Positions 24,909 to 36,927 of a DNA stretch of 64,000 bases are shown piece after piece. The notes below the pieces were generated by a model, which searched no databases, was not told the origin of the DNA, and saw only the letters and a list, made by a program, of their open reading frames with translations. The number at the start of each line of letters is the position of its first letter. Positions within the stretch are counted from its first letter, which is position 1. The DNA comes from Mobula hypostoma (taxonomy: Eukaryota), in the NCBI RefSeq assembly GCF_963921235.1, contig NC_086108.1, positions 103,728,001 to 103,792,000 of the forward strand, given 5' to 3'. The position numbers were made by a program, and so were the translations under genes.

Positions 24909-25679
24909 AGAAGTCACAGTAGCTGTGTGCATAAGAGATTCTGCAAATGCTGGAAATCCAGAGCAGCACACACAAAGTTTTGCAGGAACTCAGCAGGTCA
25001 GGCAGCATCTCTAGAGGGGAATAAACCCAATGAGGATCTCAGCCCAAAGCATTGACTGTTTATTCCTTTCCACAGATGCTGCCTGACCTGCCGAGTTCCT
25101 CCAGAATTTTGTGTGTGTTACAATTAGTGTACAGAATGTTAGCCGGCTAATGCTGCCATTTTGACCCAATCCCATAATCACTTGCTCATCTGTGGGAATA
25201 TGACAAGTTTATTGTCATGTATACATCAGTAACCATTGCCACAAGGCTACAGAAGTTAGAGATCGGAGTTTTCCTTCTGAACGATTTGCTAACCCCGGCT
25301 GGCAAGCCCCATCTTTCCGAAGTGACTGGTTCTAAGGTGCCAGTAACCTGCATTTGCCCCTTCTCCTGTCAGTAGAAATGGTTCTGCTGGGTTTAGTAGC
25401 TAAGCCGCACGTGAAAGCCAGGAACTGGACTTGGTTGTCAGAGGATGGTTGAGATCCTCACTGCTACATATGCACAGAGTAGTAGTACCACTTCTGCAGG
25501 CAGCTTGTTCCACGCTCTCTCCACTTGAGTGAAGACATTCCCCCTCAGGTTCCCCTTAAATGCTTCAGCTTTCTCCCTTAACCTATGACCTCTAGTTTTA
25601 GCCTCACCCAACCTCAATGGAAAAAACCTCGTAGCATTTATCCTATTTGTATCCCTCAGAATTTGGTATTTGTCCGTTC

Positions 25680-26060
25680 CTGATGTCCCATGCCATAAGA
25701 TGTAGGTAGGCATGGTCTTTCCACGACCATGATTGTTCTTGGCAAATTTTTCTACAGAGGTGGCTTGCCACTGCCATTTTCTGGGCAGTGTCTTTACAAG
25801 ATGGGTGACCCCATCCATTATTAGTACTCTTCAGAGATTGTCTGCGTGGAGTCAGTGGTCACATAACCAGGACTTGTGATCTGCACCGGCTGCTCATACG
25901 ACCATCCACCACTTGCTCCCGTGGCTTCACATGACCCTGATCGGGGGTGGGGAGGGAGGGGGGGCCAAGCAGGTGCTACATCTTGCCCAATGATAACCTG
26001 CAGGCTACTGGAGGGAAGGAGCACCTTACACCTCCTTTGGTAGAGACTTACTTCCACCCG
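25680..26060 (-). mobile_element. Interspersed SINE-like repeat
   Basis: Reverse-complement relative of 54100-54480 (AAAGGAGGTGTAAGG...GGGTCACCCATCTTGTAAAGACACTG). Confidence 0.6.
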
Positions 26061-27360
26061 GTCACCCTAATTTTGTACACCTCTCTCAAATCTCCCCTCA
26101 TCCTCCTGCACTCCAGGCAATAAAGTCCTAACCCAATCATCCTTTCCCAATAATTCAGGTCCTCAAGTCCCACGCATGATTAACTCTGGCCTCAACCAAC
26201 ATATGTAAAGAGAAAAGTGTAACTTGGCCAGAGTCTGATTATTACAGATTGGGGCCTGTTCTGCGCCATATAACAGGTGACTGCAATTCAAGTGGTGGTG
26301 TGTAAGGCACTACATAAGTTCAGGTTTTTTTTTTGTTTTCAAGTGCTTATATTACAAGTTTGGGCCTGGATTATTGTTGCCCCTTGAGTTAGATTCGTAG
26401 AGTTACTAATTGTGCAAACGTGCTTTCTAAATGAAGTTTTTTTTTGAAAAGCTCTTCCTGATGGAGTTTAAATGTCACAATATCATCCGTTGGGTTCTGC
26501 AGTTGGAAAGTGGGAGAGCCTCCAACTGCAGCCCTTGCTACGGTTGATATCACTGCTGAAGAATGGCAGATTCTGCCAAGTGATACTTTCTCCTCTTCTA
26601 TTTTTACCTCCTGTTAATTAAAATGCCGTTGCAGAGATATTGGAGAACAACTTGCACTCTTCTATTGCCTGTAACACAGTGAAACTTCTTGGGGTTTGGG
26701 GGAGGTGGTGTACGTCAGGGCATTGAGCAATATTCAAAGTAAATTTATTATCAGAGTATGAAATTTTCTCTCAGGCATTCACTGCGGAACAAAGCTTATG
26801 AGCTGTTTGTCCCTTTGCCATCAGGGAGGAGGCTACGTAGCATCCACGCCAGGACCATCAAGCTTAGAACAGTTATTTCCCCCAAGCAGTAAGGCTGATC
26901 AACATCTCCACCCGCTAACCCATCGCTCCACACCCACAACCACCACTACTTTATTATTTCCTGTCAGTCACCTTTTGTGCTGACACTCCTGTGCTTTATG
27001 GATGTACAATCAATCTATGTATGTAAATTATTCTACTTATTTTATTGTGTTTCTTTATAAATAGATGTTTTTCAAGTGTCATTTTTTTTGTGCTGCATCG
27101 GATCCAAAGTAACCATTATTTTGTTTCCTTTTACACTTGTGTCCTGGAAAAGACATTAAACAATCCTAAATATTGAAATACAATAGAATTAATGAAAAAC
27201 TACACATGAAGACTGACAAAGAATCAATGTGCTAAAGAAGACAAAATCTACAAATACAAAAAAACATATATTAATAAAGCCAAATACAAACGTAAGTAAT
27301 ACTGAGAACATGAGTTGTAGAGTCCCTGAAAGTGAGTGTGTAGGTTATGGAATCAGTTTA

Positions 27361-29945
27361 GTGTTGAGGTGAGTGAAGTTATCCACGCTGATTGAGTGAT
27401 GAGCTGAGTGAAGTTATCCGTGCTGATTGATGAGCTGAGTGAAGTTATCCACACTGATTCACTGTTGAGGTGAGTGAAGTTATCCACACTGATTCACTGT
27501 TGAGGTGAGTGAAGTTATCCACACTGATTCAGTGATGAGGTGAGTGAAGTTATCCACACTGATTCAGTGATGAGGTGAGTGAAGTTATCCACACTGATTC
27601 AGTGATGAGCTGAGTGAAGTTATCCACGCTGATTCACTGTTGAGGTGAGTGAAGTTATCCACACTGATTCACTGTTGAGGTGAGTGAAGTTATCCACACT
27701 GATTCACTGTTGAGGTGAGTGAAGTTATCCACACTGATTCACTGTTGAGGTGAGTGAAGTTATCCACACTGATTCAGTGATGAGGTGAGTGAAGTTATCC
27801 ATGCTGATTGAGTGATGAGCTGAGTGAAGTTATCCGTGCTGATTGATGAGCTGAGTGAAGTTATCCACACTGATTCACTGTTGAGGTGAGTGAAGTTATC
27901 CACACTGATTCACTGTTGAGGTGAGTGAAGTTATCCACACTGATTCAGTGTTGAGGTGAGTGAAGTTATCCACACTGATTCATTGATGAGCTGAGTGAAG
28001 TTATCCACACTGATTCACTGTTGAGGTGAGTGAAGTTATCCACACTGATTCACTGATGAGGTGAGTGAAGTTATCCACACTGATTCACTGTTGAGGTGAG
28101 TGAAGTTATCCACACTGATTCACTGTTGAGGTGAGTGAAGTTATCCACACTGATTCAGTGATGAGGTGAGTGAAGTTATCCATGCTGATTGAGTGATGAG
28201 CTGAGTGAAGTTATCCGTGCTGATTGATGAGGTGAGTGAAGTTATCCACACTGATTCACTGTTGAGGTGAGTGAAGTTATCCACACTGATTCACTGTTGA
28301 GGTGAGTGAAGTTATCCACACTGATTCAGTGATGAGGTGAGTGAAGTTATCCACGCTGATTGAGTGATGAGCTGAGTGAAGTTATCCGTGCTGATTGATG
28401 AGGTGAGTGAAGTTATCCACACTGATTCACTGATGAGGTGAGTGAAGTTATCCACACTGATTCACTGTTGAGGTGAGTGAAGTTATCCACACTGATTCAC
28501 TGATGAGGTGAGTGAAGTTATCCACACTGATTCACTGATGAGGTGAGTGAAGTTATCCACACTGATTCACTGTTGAGGTGAGTGAAGTTATCCACACTGA
28601 TTCAGTGATGAGGTGAGTGAAGTTATCCACGCTGATTGAGTGATGAGCTGAGTGAAGTTATCCGTGCTGATTGATGAGGTGAGTGAAGTTATCCACACTG
28701 ATTCACTGATGAGGTGAGTGAAGTTATCCACACTGATTCACTGTTGAGGTGAGTGAAGTTATCCACACTGATTCAGTGATGAGGTGAGTGAAGTTATCCA
28801 TGCTGATTGAGTGATGAGCTGAGTGAAGTTATCCGTGCTGATTGATGAGCTGAGTGAAGTTATCCACACTGATTCACTGTTGAGGTGAGTGAAGTTATCC
28901 ACACTGATTCACTGTTGAGGTGAGTGAAGTTATCCACACTGATTCAGTGATGAGGTGAGTGAAGTTATCCATGCTGATTGAGTGATGAGCTGAGTGAAGT
29001 TATCCGTGCTGATTGATGAGGTGAGTGAAGTTATCCACACTGATTCACTGATGAGGTGAGTGAAGTTATCCACACTGATTCACTGTTGAGGTGAGTGAAG
29101 TTATCCACACTGATTCAGTGATGAGGTGAGTGAAGTTATCCATGCTGATTGAGTGATGAGCTGAGTGAAGTTATCCGTGCTGATTGATGAGGTGAGTGAA
29201 GTTATCCACACTGATTCACTGTTGAGGTGAGTGAAGTTATCCACACTGATTCAGTGATGAGGTGAGTGAAGTTATCCACGCTGATTGAGTGATGAGCTGA
29301 GTGAAGTTATCCGTGCTGATTGATGAGGTGAGTGAAGTTATCCACACTGATTCACTGTTGAGGTGAGTGAAGTTATCCACACTGATTCACTGTTGAGGTG
29401 AGTGAAGTTATCCACACTGATTCAGTGATGAGGTGAGTGAAGTTATCCACGCTGATTGAGTGATGAGCTGAGTGAAGTTATCCGTGCTGATTGATGAGGT
29501 GAGTGAAGTTATCCACACTGATTCACTGTTGAGGTGAGTGAAGTTATCCACACTGATTCACTGTTGAGGTGAGTGAAGTTATCCACACTGATTCAGTGAT
29601 GAGGTGAGTGAAGTTATCCATGCTGATTGAGTGATGAGCTGAGTGAAGTTATCCGTGCTGATTGATGAGGTGAGTGAAGTTATCCACACTGATTCACTGT
29701 TGAGGTGAGTGAAGTTATCCACACTGATTCAGTGATGAGGTGAGTGAAGTTATCCACGCTGATTGAGTGATGAGCTGAGTGAAGTTATCCGTGCTGATTG
29801 ATGAGGTGAGTGAAGTTATCCACACTGATTCACTGATGAGGTGAGTGAAGTTATCCACACTGATTCACTGTTGAGGTGAGTGAAGTTATCCACACTGATT
29901 CAGTGATGAGGTGAGTGAAGTTATCCACACTGATTCAGTGATGAG
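27361..29945. repeat. Minisatellite/VNTR: 75 units of 35 bp (12 are a 31-bp variant) with higher-order structure
   Basis: Consensus TGAGGTGAGTGAAGTTATCCACACTGATTCACTGT. Short variant TGAGCTGAGTGAAGTTATCCGTGCTGATTGA. Units counted by hand. Confidence 0.97.
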
Positions 29946-31004
29946 ATTGGAGAATGATAAAGTTGTAACTCATGGACATGGGCCCTTCAGCCAATGATTG
30001 TCGAGCACCCAACTGTACTGACCTCATTGACCTGCACAGTCTATAGTCTCCATGCTTTGGAGACTCAAGTGTTTATCTACTTAAATCTTTATTTTTATAT
30101 AGAGACACAGCACAGTAAAAGGCCCTTCCAGTCCAATGAGCCTGTGCTGTCCAGTTACACCCTTGTGACCAATTAACCAACTAACCAGTACGTCTCTAGA
30201 CTGTGTGAGGAAACTGGAGCATTCAGAGGAAACCCACGTGGTCATGGGGAGAACGTACAAACTCCTTATAGACAGCTGCGGGAATTGAACCTGTGTCACT
30301 GGCACAGTAACTGCTACACAACTGCAGGGTACTACTATAACACAGTGGCCAGCATGATCTTATTACAGCTCGGGGCATTCTGGAGTTCAATTCCAGTGCC
30401 GTCTGTAAGGAGTTTGTACGTTCTCTCCATGTGTGCATGGGTCTCCTCTGGGTGCTCTGTTTCCTCCCATATTCCAAAAACACAGGGGTTAGTAAGTTAA
30501 TTGGTTATTGTAAATTTCTGAGTGGTATGGGTTGTTGGCCCGGAAGGACGTGTTCCACGCTCTATCTCCAAATAAATAAATAAATGACGGTGTACCCTAA
30601 CGTGAGAGATTCTATCTCTATCACTCACTCAGGCTGTGGATTCCAGATTCAGCCACCCTCTGGGTGGAAAAAGTTATTCCCCTCTAATCCTGTCACTCTT
30701 TACCCTGAGATGGTGATTTGACAACATGTGTCAATGATATTTAAAACCTGATTCTGATTCTGAACCTATTCCTTCTAGGTTTAGATAACCTCTCCTTTGG
30801 GGGGATTTGCCATATTTATGTTTACCACTAACCTGAACTGATTCTACAAACTATAGATTTACTGTCAAGGACTCCTTACAACTCCTGTTCTCAGTATTAT
30901 TTTATTTGCACAGATTGCCTTCTTTTGCTGATTGGTGTTTATCACCCTTTGTCTGTTTTGTATAGTTTTTTTCATAAATTCTATTTATTTATTTATTTAT
31001 CCAT

Positions 31005-31095
31005 CTTTCCCTCCCTCCTTCCCTCCCTCTGTCTCTCCATCCTTCCTTCCCTCCCTCCCTCCCTCCCTCCCTCCCTTCATCCATCCATCCCTCCT
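31005..31095. repeat. (CCCT)n/(CCAT)n polypyrimidine simple repeat
   Basis: Seen directly in the sequence. Confidence 0.85.
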
Positions 31096-32079
31096 GGAAC
31101 AGGCTCTTCCAGCCCAGTGAGCCAATGCCACCCAGCAACCCATCGACTTAACCCAGGGGTTCCAAACCCTTTTTTATGCCATGGACCCCTACCGTGAACC
31201 GAGAGGTCCATGGGCCCCAGGTTCAGAAACCTTAATTTAAACCTAGCTTAATCGCAGGAGAATTTACAATGACCAACTAACCTACTAACTGCTGTGTTTC
31301 TGGAATGTGGCAGGAAATTGGAGCATCTGGAAGAAACCCATGTGGTTATGGGGAGAACGTACAAACTCCTTACAGACAGCGCTGGAAGTCAACTCTGAAT
31401 TCTGGTGCCTCGAGCTGTAATTGATTCACAATAACCATTACAATACTGTTTTTTTGTTTATCCCGTAGATGCCTGCAAGAAATTGAATATCAAAGTAGTA
31501 TATGGAAATGTATACAATGATAATTTGTTTTGAATTTTGAACACATCTGCGCCCCTCATGATTTAATATCCTTTTATCAGGTCCCTTCTCAGCTTCTTTT
31601 GCTGTAAGGGAAGCAAACCCAGCCTCTCCAGTCTCTTCTCATAAATGAATCTCACTATCCTAGGCAATACCCTGATGGATTTTCTCTTGTGGTTGACTCT
31701 CTGACTAACATATTCTTACGACAGATGGGTTTCAAGGCTATAAAATCATCAGTGAGTAGGCCCTGTATCTGTTGGAGTTTAAAAGAATGAGGGGGGATCT
31801 CACTGAAATGTATTGACTATTGAAAGGCCTAGATTGAGTTGACTTGGACAGCATGTTTCCTATTGTGGGGTATGTAGGACCATGGGGCAAAGCCTCAGAC
31901 TACAAGAACATCCCTTTAGAACAGAGATGAAGAGGAATTTCTTTAGCCGGAAGGAGGTGAATCTGTGGAATTCATTGCCATCGATGGCTGTAGAGACCAG
32001 GTCATTGGGTATGTTTAAAGTGGAGGTTGACAAGCTCTTGATTAATCAGTGTTTCAAAGGTTTTTGATTGGAGTACTGT

Positions 32080-34555
32080 GCAGATGCAACAAAAAGTATT
32101 TCCGTGCAGGTCCAGTGAAGAGCTTTAAAAAGCAGGAAGTTTTTCAGCGGAAGTCTTTGATTGGAGGACTGCATAGATGCAACAGGAGCATTCCCATGCA
32201 GGTCCGGTGAAGATGTTTAAAAACCCAGCCTTTGTAAAAGAGAGGTACAGCTTAGCAGAACGGTCGTCCTGGGAACAGTTGTCAGAGTAGTCTGAGTCAG
32301 AGTGGTAAATCTAGGGCTTAACAAGGCTTCAGCGAGAACAGGCAGAGGCAAGGTAAGTGGGTAAGTTCATTCCTTATTTCTTAATCCTTGTTTTTCCTGA
32401 ATTAACTCCTGAGAGAAAAGGGGGCATGTCTGCAGAGTCAGTGTTCTGGGTGTCAGATGTGGGATTTTCAGGAGACTTCCAGCCTCCCTGATGGCCACAT
32501 CTGCACCAGGCGCATTGATACGCAACTCCTTTATAGACCGGGTTAGGGAACTGGAGATGCAGATCTATGACCTTCAGCTTGTTAGGGAAAGTGAAGAGGT
32601 GATAGTCAGGAGCTACGGGGAGGTAGTCTAGAGATAGATAAATGGGTAACTGTCAGGAGAGGGAAGGGAGAACATCAGATAGTAGAGTGCATCCCTGTGG
32701 CCATCCCCCTCAACAAAAAGCACTCTGTTTTGATACTGTTGGGGGGGAGGGGGCAAGCAACAGTGGCTGTGCCTCTGGCGCACAGTCTGGCTCAGAAGAG
32801 TAGGGAACTGAAGAGGCTGGCAGCAGTAATAGGGGAGTCAGGGGGACAGATGGACAACTCTGTGGATGCAAGAAGAAAAAAACAGATGGTAGTTTATCTC
32901 CCAGGTGCCAGGGCCCGCAATGTTTCTGAATGCATCCACGATATCCTGAAAAGGGATGGTGAGCAGCCAGAAGTCATGGTGCATGTTGGTTAGCAATGTC
33001 ACAGGTAGAAAAAGGGGAGGAGGTCCTCAAAACAGAATAGAGGGAGTTGGAAGGAAGCTGAGAAGCAGGACCTCAAGGGTTGTAATCTTGGGATTGCTGC
33101 CTGTGCCACGTGACAGTGAGGACAGGAATACAATGAGGTGGCAGATAAATGTACTACAGGACCATCCAGAGTCAAGTGATTCTTGGAAGATCATGACCAA
33201 TGCATCCGTTATCTCTTCGGACTTTGGGATGTAGTCCATCTGGTGCAGGTGACTTATCCACCTCAAGCCCTTTCAGCTTGCCCTGCACTTTTTCCTTTGT
33301 AATAGCAATGGCACTCACAGACCTCTGGCATACTGCTAGTGGAATGTATAGTAAGTCTTTGTAGACATACGCTCATCCGCACAGGTTTTAATGAAGTCAG
33401 TAAGAACTACAGCATACTCATACAGGTTCAAAGATGAATCCCTGAATATACTCCAGTCCAGCGATTCAAAGCAGTACTGTAGGCGCTCCTGTGCTTCGCT
33501 TATCCAAACCTCTTGGTCCTCACTACTGGTGCTGCAGTCTTCAGTCTCTGCCTATACTCAGGGAGTAGAAGTGCAGCCAGGTAATCAGACTTCCCGAAGT
33601 GAGGGCGTGGAAAAGTATGGTAGGCTTTCTTGATGGTGGTGTAGCAATGGTCCAGTGTGTTGTTTCCTCTAGTATTGCAAGTTATCTGTTGATGGTAATT
33701 GCTTAGTGACTTTGCATCTGTCTTCACTGTGAAAGACACTAGCAGTGTGCCAGAGGTCTGTGAGTGCCATTGGTATTACAAAGGAAAAAGTGCAGGGCAA
33801 GCTGAAAGGTCTTGAGGTGGATAAGTCACCTGCACCAGATGGACTACATCCCAAAGTCCGAAGAGATAACGGATGTATTGGTCATGATCTTCCAAGAATC
33901 ACTTGACTCTGGATGGTCCTGGAGGATTGAAAGATTGCAAATATCACTCCACTCTTTAAGGGAGGAAGGCAAAAGAAAGGAAATTGTAGGCCATTTAGCC
34001 TAAGGCATTTGGAGATGTGTGAGCACTTTTGGGCCCCTTATTTAAGAAAGGACGTCCTGATATTGGGGAGAGTTCAGAGGAGTTTCACGCGAATGATCAC
34101 AGCAGTGGAAGGATTAACATATGAGGTGTGTTTAATGGCTTTGGGCCTATACTCACTGGAGTTTAGAAGAATGAAGAGGGATCTCATTGAAACCTATCAA
34201 ATATTGAAAGGCTGCAATATTTGGAGAGGATGTTTCCTATGGTGGGTGAATCTAGGACCAGAGGCCACAAACTTAGAATACAAGGACACCGCTTTAGAAC
34301 AGAGGGGAAATTTCTTCAGCCAGAGGCTGGTGAATCTGTGCAATTCATTACCACAGACAGTTGTGGAGGCCAAGTCATTGGGAATATTTGAAGTGTATGT
34401 TAATAGGTTCTTGACTAGTAAGGGTGCCAAAGGTTAAGGGGAGAAGGCAGGAGAACAGGGTTGAGAGGATAATAAACCAGTCATGATGGAATGGCGGAGC
34501 AGACTCAATGGGCCGAATTGACTAATTCCGCTCCTGTGTCTTCTGGTCTTATGTT
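32080..34555 (+). mobile_element. Rearranged CR1 LINE (5' UTR, SGNH ORF1 remnant, RT 3' end) with an internal inverted duplication and a Rex1/Babar-like insert
   Basis: ORF1 remnants (VVYLPGARA...VMVHVG; GRKLRSRTSRVVILGLLPVP) and RT tail 34009-34437. Insert 33342-33710(-) encodes TRGNNTLDHCYTTIKKAYHTFPRPHFGKSD. Confidence 0.8.
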
Positions 34556-34929
34556 GTCTCTGAGTGAAGAAAATTCTGCTTATCCAAGATGTTCAAGGGT
34601 ACAAGACTGTTACCAGACTGCAAGGAAGAGGTTGGACAAGGTATGACTTTATTCTTGGGAGAGTAAAGGACCATGGGGTGATCTTATCGAGGTATCTAAA
34701 ATCATGAGGGGCATAGTTAGGGTGAATGCACTTGTTCTTTTTTTAATATCAGGGAAAGGGAATCAAAAGCTTCAGTAGATTCCAAAGGCTAATGGGAGTG
34801 GCTTGGATGGGCCTCTTAGTTGGCATGGATGATTTGGGCCAAAGAGCATCCCAACCATTTTTATACCATGGACCCTTACCATTAACAGAGGGATCCGTGG
34901 TCCCCAGGTTGAGAACTCCTGCTCTATAA

Positions 34930-35360
34930 CATATCGATGCAATTACAAAGACGACATCCAGCGACTATATTTCATTAGGAGTTTGAGGAGATCTGGTACG
35001 TCACCAAAGACTGTAGCAAATTTCTACAGATGTATTGTGGAGAGCATTCTGACTGGTTGCATCACCGTCTGTTACGGGGTGGGAGGGGGGCCGGGATCAG
35101 AAAAAATTGCAAACTCTGCCACCTCTATTATAGTCATTAGCTTCCCCAGCATTGAAGATATCTTCAAAAGACAATGCCTCAAAAAGGCGGCATCTATCAC
35201 CCTTGACGTGCCCTCTTCTCATTGCTGCCATCACAGAGGAGGTACAGGAGCCTGAAGGCACACACTCAACATTTCAGGATCAGCTTCTTCCCCTCAGCCA
35301 TCAGATTTTTAAACCCATGACCGCTACCTCACTATCCTTCTTTTGCACTATTTTATTTTT
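34930..35360 (+). mobile_element. Rex1/Babar-like LINE 3' fragment
   Basis: NFYRCIVESILTGCITVCYG motif. Related 3' fragments at about 5190-5500, 38380-38720, 41690-41980(-), 47130-47580, 50630-51420. Confidence 0.7.
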
Positions 35361-36829
35361 GTAACTGGCAGTAATTTTTATGTCTTGCACTGGTGGTTGT
35401 CCATCATGTCCAACGATGCCAGGAGACCTGTGTGGGATGAGTTTTAAAAGTGGAAAAACCGTTGCCCCGGGGTAGTTCCTCTCTTTTGCCCTCAGAAGTC
35501 CAGCTCCAGTGGTACAAACAAACGTCACAAATGGGTCTTCCTTGGTTGCACTGTACTGCTGCAAAACAACAGATGTCACAACATATGCCAGTGATATTAA
35601 ACCTGATTCTGATTTCTTATTTTAGAATGGTGCTTCTAGACTGGTCAGCAGGGATTTCTCTTGCCTGCCTCTGGCTTTTTGAAGAATTTTGTGAGGCTGG
35701 AGGATTTTTGACACCGTTGGGAATTGAAGGATCAAGATTGGGGTGGGAAAGTAGTGATCTGATCAAATGGGAGGATTGTCTGAAGGGACTGGGTGTCCCC
35801 CACTGCCTCCTTTCCCAAAGTTACTTACAGTTAAAAGACATGCACCAGTGCAGTTGTCAAGGTGTCGGATGGTAGAGTAGCGGTTGGCTCAGTGCTTTAA
35901 ACCATCAGCTGTAAAATCAATCAGGGTTCAATTCCTGCTGCTGTCTGCAAGGAATCTGTATATTCTCCCTGTCACTGCATGGGTTTCTTCCGGTTTCTCC
36001 GATTTCCTCCCACGTTCCAAAGATGTGTGGGTTAGGGTTAGTGAGTTGTGGTCATGCTACGTTGGCGACATTTGTGGGCTGCCCTCAGTACAGCCTCACA
36101 CTGTCTTAGTCGTTGCTGCAAACAACTCATTTTGCTCTAGATTTCGATGTTTAAACATACAAGTGAGAAATAAAGCTAATTTATTAAAATAATAATCTTT
36201 CTGGACTCCCCCACCTATAATACATCTGATCATTTCCTTTAATCATCAGTTCGATCATCCACAATCTTCTCTTCTGAAGGGATTATGGTTCGATTAGAGT
36301 TAGTGAGTTGTTCACATCAGAAACATGACGACATCTGCGGGCTGCCCCCAGCATATAGAACATAGAAAACCTACAGCATAATACAGGCCCTTCAGCCCAC
36401 AAAGCTGTCCCAAACATGTCCTTACCTGAGAAATTACCTATGGTTACTCATAATCCTCTATTTTTCTGAGCTCCAGGAGTCTCTTAAAAGACCCTATCGT
36501 ATCTGCCTCCACCATCGTCGCCGGCAGCCCATTCCACACACTCACCACTCTCCGCGTTTAAAAAAAACTTACCCCTGATATCTCCTCTGTACCTACTTCC
36601 AAGCACCTTAAAACTGTGCCCTCTCGTGCTAGCAGTTTCAGCCCTGGGAAAAAGCCTCTGACTATCCACATGATCAATGCCTCTCATCATCTTATACACC
36701 TATCTTCAGACGGTGTTGGTTGTTGGCACAAACGACACATTTTACTGTATGTTTCGATGTATGTGTGACAAATCTGAAATCTTAAATGTTATTGCCTGAA
36801 AGTTAGCTAATCTACTGTGCTTCATGCAG

Positions 36830-36927
36830 ACAGAGAGACCGACATCACAGTCAGGGACACCGAGGATGTCTGCCAGAGGGACACGATCAGCATTGCGTCG
36901 ACAGATTCGTTTGTTTCAGCGGCGGAG
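36830..36927 (+). CDS. MIGA1: Mitoguardin-1 coding exon (5th in window) carrying the FFAT-like motif
   Basis: ttcatgcAG| acceptor and GAG|GTGAGT donor. Encodes (D)RETDITVRDTEDVCQRDTISIASTDSFVSAAE. 98 nt, phase 1 to 0. Confidence 0.93.

Noticed and set aside
27361..29945. CRISPR-like array, or bacterial oriC (about 50 perfect DnaA boxes TTATCCACA)
   Set aside because: Units are head-to-tail with no unique spacers and no cas or dnaA genes nearby. The 9-mer derives from a vertebrate LINE-tail motif inside a spliced gene's intron, so the match is coincidental.
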